From Mytilus trossulus (lineage: Eukaryota): a stretch of DNA of 64,000 nt. Where the stretch lies: NCBI RefSeq assembly GCF_036588685.1, contig NC_086379.1, positions 74,710,001-74,774,000 of the forward strand, written 5' to 3'. This document shows positions 1-14,300 of this stretch, piece by piece. Position numbers and translations under genes: made by a program. Numbering within the stretch: the first letter of the stretch is position 1; every line of letters begins with the position of its first letter. The notes beneath the pieces are model-generated. The model saw only the letters and a list, made by a program, of their open reading frames with translations. It made no database searches and had not been told where the DNA came from.

Positions 1-1482
1 TCCCCAATTGACAAAACATCCGGAAATTACAAACACCCTTTAATCTAACTTTTCAGATGATTTTCTTAAAACAAACCGGTTTTCAAGCTTAAGTATATTT
101 TGCATTTGAAGTTATCTTCATATAGAAATATCAGTATACTTCAAAAACATTTAGACCTGAACATAAACTGTAGAAAACATGGAAAGAAGTGGCGAAAATG
201 AGCACCCAACTCTACTAGATAAATTGAAAACTTATGCAAATGGTGTTTTTAAAATAAAACAGCTCGTAATTGAGAAGACAATTGCAATTTTGTTTGTTTC
301 AATTAACTTTTAAAAAAAATGGTCACTATAGTAAACAATACAGTAAACATTTATCGCCTTCTCTAACAAAGAGCTTCAATTCTTTTGTTCTATTTCAACC
401 TGGTTTCCGACTGATTAAGATTATTCTAACCTTCAATGCACATTTAAAGAAAGAAAAAAAATCATTTCTCATTTAAAATATTTTGCAACTAAATAATAAT
501 CTGTCAGATTTGGTGTTCACAAAATACAAGACAGTGTAATAGATAACCTGCAAGCATAGTCTATTTCTATAAAATCAAGCATGTAAAAAAAAATAAGCAA
601 TTAAAAGGCCTAAATAACCCTGAAATTTATCTTTTTAACTAAACATATTTTAAACAAGTAAATCAAGATGCACAAAGTTTAAGTATTGGTCAGAATATGA
701 ATATAGGGTTCTTTTGTACTTAAACAATATCACAATAACAATAAAGTGACCTTAATTTTGGACAAGGTAAATGACATGAAGCCAAATTTATCAACTATTG
801 TATGAATGGGATAAACCGACCTTTCAATTCTCAAGGATAAATAAGTACTTTATAGGCTAAATACAAACTTGCCTGTCAAGGTAGAAATGTAATCTGAGTG
901 ATACCGGTGTTTCTCAAGTCACCAAAAGAGCATTGGTCTTTATATTTTGTTTTAACTGATTTGGTAAATTACGGAATCAGTTAATCTTCATATAAATTAC
1001 AAAGGAGAACTATAATATCTATTCTAACATGACGTCCTTCAAACGCTTTGAGTACACATCCGTGGTAAAATATGAATATATTGCATTGGCTGTTCCGATC
1101 GTATTCCCACGTCATATGTTTTTTTATGAATGAAGTACCCGACGTCATAGAATGATGACTTTATAATTTTAGCATTTTACGGGAAAATACACGCTTCTGA
1201 TAACGAAAATCATCACAACAAGGAAACGTCAACAAACGATGCTAAAATGTGGTATACGCCCATTTTTTTTATACACAGAAGACATATAAGTTAATTATCA
1301 TTTAAATCCATCCAAATCTATCTAAATAAGTTTTGTGAATAGTTTGAGCATGTCACTTTTTCTGTTTGCTCTGTTCTTTTACGCCAATCTAAAAGTGAGT
1401 TAATTTGTGAGAACGGCAAATAATGGCCTCCACCTAGAGCGCTTCGATCCAAAACAATTGCCGTATTTGTCCTATTAGAATC

Positions 1483-1641
1483 GAAATAATTCATGGGGGC
1501 TTGAATATATCTAGATTTTACCACGGGTTGTCCCTTTATGCCGATATTTTACCCCTCGCTATCGCTCAGGGTAAAATATTTGTCATAAAGGGCCAACCCG
1601 TGGTAAAATAATGATATATTCAAGCCCCCATGAATTATTTC
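1483..1641. repeat. Long inverted repeat (hairpin element end)
   Basis: ~70-bp arms GAAATAATTCATGGGGGCTTGAATATATC... and complement; loop CTCGCTATCGCTC. Confidence 0.9.
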
Positions 1642-1886
1642 TTAAATAACCTATGTCAATTAAACAGAATAACCAGACAGTTGATATTACAGCAAAATGT
1701 CCAGAGTGTGTAGGTAAAGGTTAACTTGCTTGCTTGATTAACTGTGAAATCATTATCAGGAAAGGTATTGTATCATCCTTTCTGAGTAGTGTATTCCTAC
1801 AGACAGAGACATTGGTAATCTGTTGGACTAGTCTTCTCTTAACAGAGGGTAGTATGGCTAAACTTATAATGACTACAAGGTTCAGC

Positions 1887-2190
1887 TAGCAAGCAAGCAG
1901 GCTAACCAAAGATATAACCTTTGCCTACACACTCCAGACATTTTGCTCTAATCACTATATATTTCTACTTACAAATACAATCAAAAGTAAAAACACAAAA
2001 ATACTGAACTCTGAGGAATGTCAAATGATATAACCTTTACCTACACACTCCAGACATTTTGCTGTAATCTCTATATATTTCTACTTACAAATACACTAGC
2101 AAGCAAGATGACCAAAGATATATAACCTTTACCTACACACTCCAGGTATTTTGCTGTAATCTCTATATATTTCTACTTACAAATACAATC
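1887..2190 (-). repeat. ~90-115-bp x3 tandem copy of exon end + donor; inverted partial copy at ~1688-1735
   Basis: CTACTTACAAATACA with CTTAC at 1968, 2084 and 2176. Confidence 0.9.
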
Positions 2191-2336
2191 ATTGAAGTCT
2201 GTAGATCCAGCAAACATTGTAGATTTATGTAGAGGACAAGGGATACATTCATTTTGCCATTGAAGACTTTGGTAAGAACCTATCGGACAGATTTGACATC
2301 CACTTCTCTCTATCCTATATCCAGGTAAACAGTTAC
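2181..2336 (-). CDS. Exon (last in window): ephrin-receptor-like repeat (YQ type)
   Basis: 156 nt; NCLPGYR...[18 protein letters not shown]. Confidence 0.9.
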
Positions 2337-5300
2337 CTGTGTAACAAAAATTACAATGACTCTAATGGAAATGACACAACAATTGCTGTTCTAATGCAAC
2401 AACTAATACTTATAGATAACTGTAAATTTGGAAAACATTGCGAGGTTTTTATTTATATGAACTAAACAGGATTTTTCTCAAAATGGAAAAAATCAAAATT
2501 GCATTTAAGGCTAAAATGACAAAATCGCAATAATAAATGATTGCAAAAATTTCTGAATTTACTGTATTACAGTAGCATTCCAGTAATGTCCCCTTTATTA
2601 TATTTTTGCAGAATGAAAGTCTCAACAAAAACAGTGTAATGAAAGTTATAAACTTTATCTAAAACTTTGAATGTAATTAACACATGCAGTATAAGGCATT
2701 AATAAAAATATGCATCAACATACAAGTACATATATCTGGATGTGCTTGTATGCAAACTTTTCTGGTTATTCTGATTTTTGAATATAAGACAACTTCTATT
2801 GGCTAAAATATTGATGTAAGGAGATAAGCTTTGATGGTCTGTATTCATCCTATTCATAATACATGTATCATAGTGGGTCTCATTGGGGTCTAAGCGTGAC
2901 ACGGGATTGCCCATTTTTTGTAAGCGTTACACGTGAAAGACATATTATTGTGTCGTGAAAACAAGAAATGAGAATTGCTTACTTACATAGTGTAAGCTGG
3001 ATACGGAAAACGGACAAAACTATAAGCTTGATCCGGGATTGGAACCCCCCCCCCAATGAGACCCCCATAATAATGGTCAAGAATCTAATTATTATGTGTG
3101 CTCAGCTTTGTTTTCCATACAAACCTCTGGTGCACTGGTCAATAGATATAGATCCAATTGATGGTGTAATACGGTCCACTGGGCATGGTGTACATTTCAA
3201 AAACTTGTCAAAATCATTGTTTTTGTAGTATCCTATTCCACATGGAGAGCATTGATTATTAATGTCCTTCTCATAACCTGGATCACAGTAACCTACAAAC
3301 ATTTATGAAACAAATAATATCCCCTTTTTGATAAACTAGATCTTATTGGATAAATGCTTATTCTATAAAACTATGTGAAACATGATTTAAAAGCTCCAAT
3401 AAGGTGTCATCTTACAATTTGACAAGAAAACTTGTCCAAGGTATTCATATTTGCCGCCTTCATACCTAACATTTATGGAAAACGGTCCTATCTACTAAAA
3501 TTACCACTCATCTGTTATTTAAAATGAGGGGGTATTAAAATGAAAGTATGTCAGTAACAGAACTTTGTTAAAGAGAAGGACATGTAGCTGTCATAAAATT
3601 GGAAATAATCACCATTATATAACTATTCTGACATGTCAGTTAGGCCAGGCCAAAAATTATACATGAACAGAATGATCATAGGCTATGACTAATTCCATCA
3701 AAAACTTAAGACTGGTTGGTTCTAGATTACCTTGGCCCTATTTGGCACAACTTTTCGAAATTTTGGATCCTCAATGCTCTTCAACTTTGTACTTGTTTGG
3801 CTTTATAACTATTTTAATACGAGTGTCACTGATGAGTCTTATGTAGATGAAACGCGCATCTGGCGTACTAAATTATAATCCTGGTACTTCCAGCATTTTT
3901 TAACAACTACATGGCTCCTTGTTTCTGCAGGAGGGAGCCAGAATTCACCTAGAGGACAATCCAAGTCAAGATCAAAGTACAACACACCGTTTGAATTCAC
4001 AACCTTAGTGTTGAAAGGCTTATCATTACTGTTGGAATAAACTACTTAATCACTCTGCCACACAGCCACTGAGATTTGTAATTACTGTAGTTAAAACCAC
4101 ACAGCCACCCAGTCCCCTCAAATATCTGAGGATAAATTATACATATTTATTATCTTAATCCAATCTAACATAACTTCTGTTCTAAGCAAATACAGCCTTT
4201 TTTCTTTAATCATAGAAACCTACTTTCACATTGTGTTATACTAAAAGCTCCTTCTCTCCTTGAGTAGCTATATTCTGGACATTGTTTACATGTTGTCTGG
4301 TATGGTAAGTCCTGGTAAGTTCCTGCAGGACAAGGAATACAACCTGTGTTGTCGTCTTTTCTCTTAGAACCAGGCATACACTTTCCTGTAAAATACTGAG
4401 TATTTTAAAATACAATGTTGCAATTGTGATTATCCTGTCCTTTTTGTAATGCAAACATTCCTATCACAAAAGTATTAATTTGAATGTTAAAAACAATTAT
4501 AAATAAACATAGGTTATGTTAAATTACTAATACTATATACACACAGTTATGACAGCTGAGAGGGAGATTGCCTTCTTAAGAGGTTTCAAAGGTTGGCAGT
4601 TATGATCAACAAAATTTGAGAATTATTATAACGATGACAGGGAAAGTTAAATTTAAATATATGTTTAAGATTTCTAAATGTGAGTTCTTATCACTGGGAT
4701 ACTCAGTTAGTCTGTTGAATTATTCGCAATAATTAAAACCTTGTAATAGTTTCTGAATTAAAAGTAACTACTTACTCATAGTACATTGTGATATAGAAGT
4801 AGATTTTGCCCCAAATGTTGTGTAGTCATCAGGACAAGCTGTACAAGGCATGAAGTAATTATCATTATTATGTTTATAGAAACCAATACCACAGTCATAA
4901 CATAAAGCATCTGGATGTCTCTCTTGTCCAGGGGGACAGTAATCTGAAAAATAAAATATATTTGAAAAAAAGAGCGCCAAACAAATATTAAGAGAGTGAG
5001 AGAGTGTACCAAAAATATTCTGAGAGAGAGACAACATAACCCTGTTATAACTGGTCTGGAAATTTTCAAAGCTATAGAGAGAACTAACTTTTATTAAAAG
5101 TAGAATTCAAATTGTGTCAAAAGCTTTTGTTTATCATGAAAACTGTTTATAATGAAATAAAAAGCCATACTTAAACACTGTTGAATATCAGTTGATCCAG
5201 TTTGTGCTGTACTTAGTGGAGTACTGCATGGGTAGCAGGTAGTCTCATTATGGTGGGGTTGATAGGTTCCTAACGGACATATTTCACATCTGGTACCCAA

Positions 5301-8300
5301 TGTGTCCGAACTGTATCCAGGAGGACAATTAACTATAAATATAGAGTAAATCCATGAGAACTACTGATAAATAAGTGTAAATAAATAAATTCTATTTCAA
5401 AATGTTCACTAGATACATATTGTATATTTAGTATCCTTATTTGTAAAGTTATAATAGCAAATGATCACTTCATTAAATCATTTAATATTTACTGTGAAAC
5501 ATCATTTACAATATTTACATTATTATCAAAATTTTGACCTGATTTGTTTATGAAAATGAAAACAATTATTTCCGTTTTTTTCACAAATACAGAATAGCTT
5601 TCACATCACTTTCAAGTAATACATTGTGAAAATATCAAATAATAGTTTTTGATCTGGAAAAATTTCAAAAATCAAAACAACAAATAACTTACATACAGAG
5701 CAATCTTTCAATGACTTAGAGGCAATATTAACAGTTGTTGTTTGATACGGACATTGTTTACATTTCCCATATATACTGTCAGTATTGTCTTTAAAGAATC
5801 CTTCCAAGCAAGGCACACATGATGATACAACAGCTTCGTAGCCAGAAGGACAAAAATCTAAAGTACAAAATAAACAGACATACTTGTAATACAAATGCTT
5901 CATTTATAAGTACAACACAACAATTGGTGAAGTTTCTGAACAGTTTTATAAAAGTCACTCTATCTCTCTGCATGTCAAAAGCAGCTTTAAAATGTTTTTT
6001 AGCAAGGCAAATCAAGGTAAAATTGTTTTCTGGAACAAAGATTTTTGACAGCGAAACATAAGTATAGTGGCAACATCTCACTTATTTTTACCAGTGAAGC
6101 ATTAAAGGGAAACTTCGCAAAAAAATGAAAATTTTATATTATGTTTATTTGATATAAATAATCATAGATTTGTTGAAATTATTGTTCAATTCTTCTAGAT
6201 GAGTGATTAAAATCAAAATCAAAATCCCACTATCACTTCTCGACTTATCGCCATTTTGACGGCATCTCCGATACAAATTGTCACGTGGTGAGTATATTTG
6301 AATAAAATATCTGAATACCACAAAGCGAAAAAACAAGCATGGCATATCGTATATTCAGTATCAAAATGACTTGTCAAGCGTACAGATGTTCAACTCGGAG
6401 TTCCCATGGCATAAGCTTACACACTTTCCCAGATCCTGCAAAAAAAAGATTTGTACCAGACGTGGATGATTAACCTAAACCTAACACCAACCACCTTCAC
6501 TCACAACAAGTTCAAGAAAGTGTGTGCAGACCATTTTGAAGCATTAAGAATTAATTAATTTATGCGTTTACTCGTTTTAAGAAAAATAAACTCGAAACTG
6601 AATTATATATGGCGTTTTGTTTTGTGACTTTCTGTCGTAAATTCACAAGTTCAATGAAGTATAATTTTTTATTAGGTGCAAAAAAAACGTATGTATACAT
6701 AAAAAAATAAAAATTACGTAAATAATTTAAAGGTTCATTTGCTTAAAATAATAAAGGTTTAAAAATAAGACTTTATTTACATGTAGTATAATTACAGATG
6801 CTGTTTAACCCCTCCCCCCTTTCCCGCAGTTTCCATATTGCCCCATAGAAAAGGTTGAAAGGGTGATGGGTATATGGGAGCGTATGTCTTCCCCGATTCG
6901 TGTGGAAACGGAAACTTAATAGATCTTACCACCCCCTTGTTATGCTTTTTATTTGTCTACTAGGTCAACCCAGTTGCGTGGTCCTACAAGTTAAGGCTAA
7001 GCAGTTTCGGGATATAAAATGTCGACAGCTAGGCTAACGAAATTTGTAATGATTTATTGTCAATGGTAGGAGTAATTTTTCTTACTATATTTATGATAGG
7101 AATACATCTAGTGGGTGGGCATTAATTTGGAAGTTGTTAAAGCATATAATTATTCTTATGATTTTTTTCGAAAATACTATGCAAAAATAGTCTTTTTTCT
7201 GTAATATATTTTATTCATTTCGGGTACTTTACTCTAATATGAAAACTGACGATCTTTTGAATTATTGCCAGAGGTTGTGTAATAGTGTCACATTCAGGTA
7301 TTCTAGATATTTCCTGCAGGCTAATATACTGGTGACATTACACAATTCCGGACCCAGCTGTTTTACCCAGGTGTGCACAGGTAAAAGTGCCATCAAAAGT
7401 ATAGTCAGGTGTATTATACATCCTGTTAACAATGTATGCCCCTAATATGATTGAAATACACAAATCCGTCCAAATATGAAGTTAAGAGTTAAAATTTATA
7501 TCCACAGGCTGAATAATTCTGACATGTGCAAAGACAGAAACAATAACACCGTAAATTAATAATTTTGACTTCGGCTTCAAAATTAATGTGTAGAAGATTA
7601 TCTAGTACTGTACACGTACCATGTAAAATGATTTCTTTTTGAATTTTCAATTGTACAAGAGATTTACTTTTCGGGATGGATCCAGTCACATTAAAAAGGA
7701 GGGTTCCAACTACATGTCTCACTTCAAATGCATTGTTTTATTTGTTTTTTTGTCAGATTGTTTTATTTGGTTATCAAATGTTTAGTTAAAGTTATGGTCT
7801 TGAGTTGTAATGAATAATTTAAGAAAAAGAAAACTTAATCATTTTACAACATTGTTTGGAGTAAATCCTAGAGAATTTAACCGAGAATTATGGATGACGA
7901 TCTTATACTTTCTTGTCCTATTTCCGATATAAGCGGGCGCATTTACGAAATATTTTGCACTTAGGAAATTTGCGTTTACTTGTATGTGAAGAGACAAGCA
8001 TGCGCAATTATGACACTAAGATGATACTTAGTTTGTGGTTGTCTCTAGATACGGTATTCGTTTGTCTCTCTGTACATGTACATTCAATAATTCAAATGAG
8101 TTGTCATTTTTTCAATATAAGATTTTCGCAACACTAAAACACACCCGCGAAATCGGTGGGCATTTCCAGTTTTTAAGCTGTTGTAGGATGATTTATTGAA
8201 AAAAGATTGTGTCAAAAAAAATAAACCTGTATGAAGTACTTCAAACTCTGTTGTCTATCCAAAACGTGTAAGCAGTATAGCAACCATAAACGATATAATT

Positions 8301-11300
8301 ACAAACATTTAGATATAAAAAAAGAAGATGTGGTATGATTGCCAATGAGATAACTCTCCACAAGAGACCAAATAACACAGAAATTAGTAGCTACAGGTCA
8401 CCGTATGGCCTTCAACAATGAGATGCCTAGTCAGCTGAAAAAGACCAAGAAATCACAAATATGAAGAATAAAAAAATCCAACAAAAAAATAACGGCCTAA
8501 CCAATGAACAAAAAAAAGACAGAGTGGCATGTTCTCTTACAAACTTGTTGCATTGTGTAGTAGAATGATACATTTCCAATGTTCAGTTTCAAGGTCTTGT
8601 TTGTTAAAAGGCAGAAGGTACCAAAACGGGAAGTCATATTTAGTATTAAAAAACACACTGACAACGTCATAACAAAACATAACCAATAAACGATCAAAAG
8701 ACAAAAAAACAAACAGATCATCGAAAAACTGGTTTAGGTTGCCCAATAGAACCCCACAAACATCTCGGGAGGACCTCATGTCAAATGATATCAACGCTCC
8801 GTGGTACTGTGGTATACCAAACCTTCATGTTTATATATACAACAAGCAACTCTATAAAATTAGACCTCAAAATTAAATAGTTCATAAATAGGTTTATTAA
8901 TACACAAATAATGAAATGAATCTGAAACATTCTGTGAAAAATTGTATTGGTTAATCGTGAAAATGTTTTTAGAACTATTCAGAGTCTGAAGTGTCACTTT
9001 CACATTCTTTGAATCCTTCGTATACCCCATCCAACGATGGAAACTCTTTTCTAATGACATTAACTACACAAGCCGGTAGGGTTATTCTGTGTTTCTTGCC
9101 AAGTGGTTGACCTTTCCTGACCCAACACACAAACTGACGATAAGCCATAAGCCTGCTTTGTCTGTTAGTAAGTACGTCTGGAGCTCTCCCTCTATGGCGC
9201 TTGTATCTCAGGAAACTTATGTAGCTTGTTTTCAAGAACAACGGGGTTTAGACTAACTATTCTAAAATCTGTATTTTCAGTGACACATTCACCCAAATTC
9301 ATTTTTTCTTCAAATAGCGTAAATTCGTGGCAGCAGAAACACTCCGCCGGCAATGGCATGACTATACAGTTTTTACATGAACACAAATTGGTGTCAAACT
9401 TGCGAGGATTATTTATAATATCCTGTTGTCTAGAAGTTTCTTCAGCTTCAATTTGTTGGAGTTCTTCTTCAGTGTACTCCGGTTCTAATATGTACCCAAA
9501 TTGACCACACTTGTCAAAATTTGTCTCACCTTAGGAGCTGGATACATCAGAACTTTCACTCTCTGAACTAGACATTTTAGCTTATAGTATAGATTTATTA
9601 AAAAGGCTTATATATCAAACTTTTTTCTTTTTACAAAAACAACCACGCTCCAATCATTAGAAAACAAGGAATTGAGAAAAAGTTAATTGATTAAGTTAAT
9701 TCGACGTCTTTTGATCTTGGCTAAATTTTAGGTAGAAGTTAAAAGTTAGATTAGCTTGTGTGTATTTATAACAATGGTGATTCCATTATTTGAATTCCAG
9801 GTTATCCAAACAAATCTCTGGGTATTCATGTTAGATTTTGAAGGCCTCGGGGTTGAAACCATACAATGATTGAAATAAAATAGAAAGCTCATTGCAAAAT
9901 TTAATCACAAAGAATTAAAAAAAAATCGTTCTTATTCAATTCCGTTCAAATAAGACAAAGTTGGCCTTTCAATTTTCTGTCAACATTTTTGATATTCTCG
10001 TTCAAATAGCTGAAGAATTAGTACGTGGTGAGAATTTAATTATTTTGATAAGGACGTTTCTTCCTGAATATTTTGCTTTGAACGACCCAATTATATAACT
10101 GCATTTGGTAATTACTATCTATTTCAAAAATTGAAGGTCACCGATTCTTATTTTTTTTTTTTTAATTCATTTACTCGTGTTTATAAGGACATCATTATTT
10201 ATAACTTTATTCAATTAAATTAATTAAGTATTTCTTATTTTTTTAACCAGAAATATTCAGCGTTAATAATATATTTAATTAAATTGAGCTCATGGAAAAT
10301 ATTAAGATTCCCCCGTTTATCATTCATACGAAATGTTGTTCAAACCTAGAAAAGTGAAACGTGACGGCTTAAATTCACCGAGTAAAGATCAAAAGATACA
10401 AAATGTTAATCTTTTAATTAACTTGAATTTAACCACGCATTCAACAGGTAGTAACTTTATGTATGTGTCAAAGTACAATACACATTGTATTTGCGGGCCG
10501 TATTTGCACACTATGTAAATGTACTAGCAGCACATATTTACTAGACTGACGTAAAAGGTAAAAAGTACAAACATGCATTTTTAAAACACTTTCAGTTATA
10601 TATGTTAGTTCAAAATATTCGTCAGAAAAAAAATTCATAAAAAAATATTTTATACGATTTACTTGTATCACTATAATCATTACAGAAAATATTAAACTAT
10701 AAATCGTACATTCTAATTTCAAGATGAGCGCTGTTCCATCTTTATTATTAGTTGGTTAATAGCTACACCAAACGTCGTCGATGCGCTTTAAATAGAGTTA
10801 TAAGATGATTAACGATTAAGATTTAAAATGAGATTATTTTCACTCCCGGCATGCTTAAAGACTTAAACTACGTCACATAAGTCAGGAAGTTTGAAGAAAT
10901 AAAATTAATAATTCTTAATTTTCTCCTTTATTAGATTTCATTTCAAAATAAAACTTGGTGAATATGTTTTTTATGGTATTATGAACATAATAAAATGAAA
11001 AGTGAAAAATCGAGAATTATCCCTTTAAAAGAAATCACGATTTAAAGTAAAGTTTTCCTCATAAACATTATTTTTCATGTAATATAAAGTAAATGTCTAA
11101 ACCAATGTGAAATACTAGAGCTTATCGTAGAGTCTTTACTCACATTTGCAATCATCTTTGGATGTAGATGCCTCCTGGTCAGTTGTATAACGATCTCCAC
11201 CACATGATAAACATGACGTCTGCCATTTCTGTGGCTGGTATGTACCAAGCGGACATTTCTCACATGTATCGGTACCAAGACGTTTGTATCCAGCCTCACA

Positions 11301-14300
11301 AGCCTCTATAAAGATAAGACATGGTGAAGTATGAACAATTTTACACTTTATGGATGAAAGAGAATTTGGATCTAGCTTTACAGTAAAAAAAAAGACAGGC
11401 ATGCTCAACTGCAAAAGATTTTGTAGCGGGTCATAATAAAAATTTTGAAATGTATTTTTATATGTTCTTTTCATTTTTGTTTGGGAATAAATAAAATCTA
11501 TTGGTCTTTTACTCTGACATTGGTATATCTTTGAGCCTGAAATGGAACTTACTTATGTTACAATCTGTCTGTAGTGTTGCTCCTGTAGCTAAGGTGGTGG
11601 TTCCTGGTGGACAAGCAATACACTTAGATCCCACATTCTTGTAAGTTCCCTCTGGACAGTCTACACAGTCACCACTAGCGGATAATTGTTTCCCAGGTAG
11701 ACATACATCTAAAATGGAAAAAAAAATATTGCAAATTTTTACATTATAAGTACGAGTACTGTATATATGGTTTGCATATTTTACCATAACCATATTGAGA
11801 AGGTATTGTTTAACCTATCATAAATTATCTAGAATAAAAGTGTACCAGTAGTATCTGAACTAACATAACTTAATGGAATAGTGTTTAAGTCTTTCTCTAC
11901 TTGCATCATTTACAATAAGAGTGCACATACTAAAACGTTTCACAAGCTTTATTGATCATGAAGATTTTTGGTTAAAAATCTAAGGATCTAAGGTTTTACA
12001 AAAAATCTCACATAAACTCATTATTATCAATGATCCATGTAAATATTTATCTAGATATAAACTATTTTTCTGTTTATCTCTAAACCACATAATTGACAGG
12101 ACTTTCCCTTACTGTGTTTCCCAAAGCACACCATTTACAGGACTATACCACTATATCTCATTATTATCTTCCTAAACATAACAAGAGCTGGCTGTATTTG
12201 TTCCTCTTGTGTTTTTTCTTAAGGGCATACGATACAGTTTTGATCCTGTATTTACAAGTTCGTGAACATTTGGATATAGGCTATATTTTACCTGATTAAA
12301 TCAAATATGTAATAAAAAATATACCTTTATGTGCTACTTTTTGAGTAAAATGAGTCCGAAATTTTGTATATTTGCTCAAAATTCAGATTTGTGGCGGTAA
12401 TTTCTTTTTCGAAAGAAAGACATAACTTTTTTGTTATAAAAGATAAACACAAATTGTTTTTTGTTAAATAATCGGTAGTTTCTGCATTTTATAAGTATTC
12501 TAAAAAATTAGCATTTTTTATTCAGAAATAACTCATATTTATCAAATGTTCATGAATTGAAGAAAATACGTCATTTTTTGCTGCATGGTTATCAAAATTA
12601 AAAAAAATCCTCTATTTACTGTTTTATAAAATTTGGGTCACATAATCTCCCTGCAAAATGAAACAAATTGCTGTTTTGAAAAATAGGGGTCCATGAACTC
12701 GTTTTCAAATTAGAATAGTTTGAATGATAAAAATCAGTTGAAAAATACATCTTTTCCCAATATGTCACAGTTTGACGTCGCAAAAATAACATTTTACGTT
12801 AGCAACGTCATTACCTCCCATGTAACTGTATCGTATGCCCTTAACACATTTCATACAAAGGACTTTCACATCTTACTTACCATAACAAAAGCTGACTGAT
12901 GTTGTATTTGTTTCCTTTGTGGTTTTCCCCAGCCCACACCAATCACAGACAAACTGTCCTTCCTCCTCCTGGTAGTAGCCTAGACCACAATCTTCACACT
13001 TGGAATCCTCTCTATCATATCTCTGACCAGCTGGACATATAGCTGAAATTATAATAATGTATTTTTCTTCTTTCTAATTAAGAGTACTATTTAGATTACG
13101 ACAATAGATGAATTAAGATCTGTCACCAGTGTTGGAAATCTACCTGAAAATCATAATTGAATAACCAGAATAATCAATCATCATGTTCCTATTCTATTTT
13201 GCTTATAACCAGTTTACATTCAAATATTTGATGTTTAGAAGATTATATCAATATTTGCTTTCCAAATATTATATCAGTTTTAGTTTGTAAACTTACAGTA
13301 ACAAAATGAAGGGTTGTTTAATCCTTCAGTCTCTGTAGTTGATCCATCAGGACACTTTAGACACTGGGTTTGTCCATCACTGGTTGTGTATGTGCCTATA
13401 GGACAACTCTCACAGATCTTTGTCGTAGTATTTAAGAAGGTTCCTGGTCCACACTTAACTAAAAAAATATACCATTATAAATATTCTACATTTGAATAGA
13501 ATTCTTTATATGTCTCACAACATTAGCTAATAATGAGTCTATAAAGTGAACAGCAATGCCTGTGAATGTCAAGAAAAAACCCAGGCATTATTCTTTGCTA
13601 CCAACTAACTAAGACTTGACAACAAGAGTGCACAGGCTGAAATGTCTCGTCTTCTTTACTAATCATTGATATTATGTTGATAGTCCTAAATATAAAGCTT
13701 TATTACAACTGTCACATAAACTCAACATTTAATTAAACATTGATCAATCAACCATGAAAATGAGGTCAAGGTCAGATGAACCATGCCAGGCAGACATGTA
13801 CACCTTACAATCATTCTATACACCAAACATAGTAGACCTATTGCATATAGTATAAGAAAAACAGACCAAAACACAAAAACTTTCAAGAAGAGTTAACTCC
13901 CCTATTTACCACAATATTCTTCAATGCCAGCATCAGTTTTTGCTGCAGTGCTTTAATTCTTAACAAAAGTCAAAGCTTAGTGGATGTGGGACAGCTATTA
14001 TAGATGGCAGTATAAACAGTTTTATCATAGATTTCAGGTGATTTTAGACTTTAAATTGATGTTAAACAAGAAGTAAAAGCAGTTATCTACCCTACTTACC
14101 ACAATATCCATCAATGACAGTTTCAGTATCACCACATACTTCAGTAGATGTCAATTGAAAGCCACTAGTATCTAACTCTCCACCTGGTATTGGACTCTGA
14201 AATAAGAACAGTGAAGATGAGGAAGTCAGTTTTTGTAATGTCAATAATTGAAAATTAATTAGGAACCACATTATTCTCGTTTTTTTTGTTGTTATTGAAA

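Larger units (their letters stand above)
6106..11024 (+). mobile_element. Kolobok-type DNA transposon, internally deleted and decayed
   Basis: TTAA at 6102-05 and 11025-28; AGGGA...TCCCT termini; TATTATGTT motif ~32 nt inside each end; THAP remnant on + and KolX-like remnant on - in convergent orientation. Confidence 0.8.
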
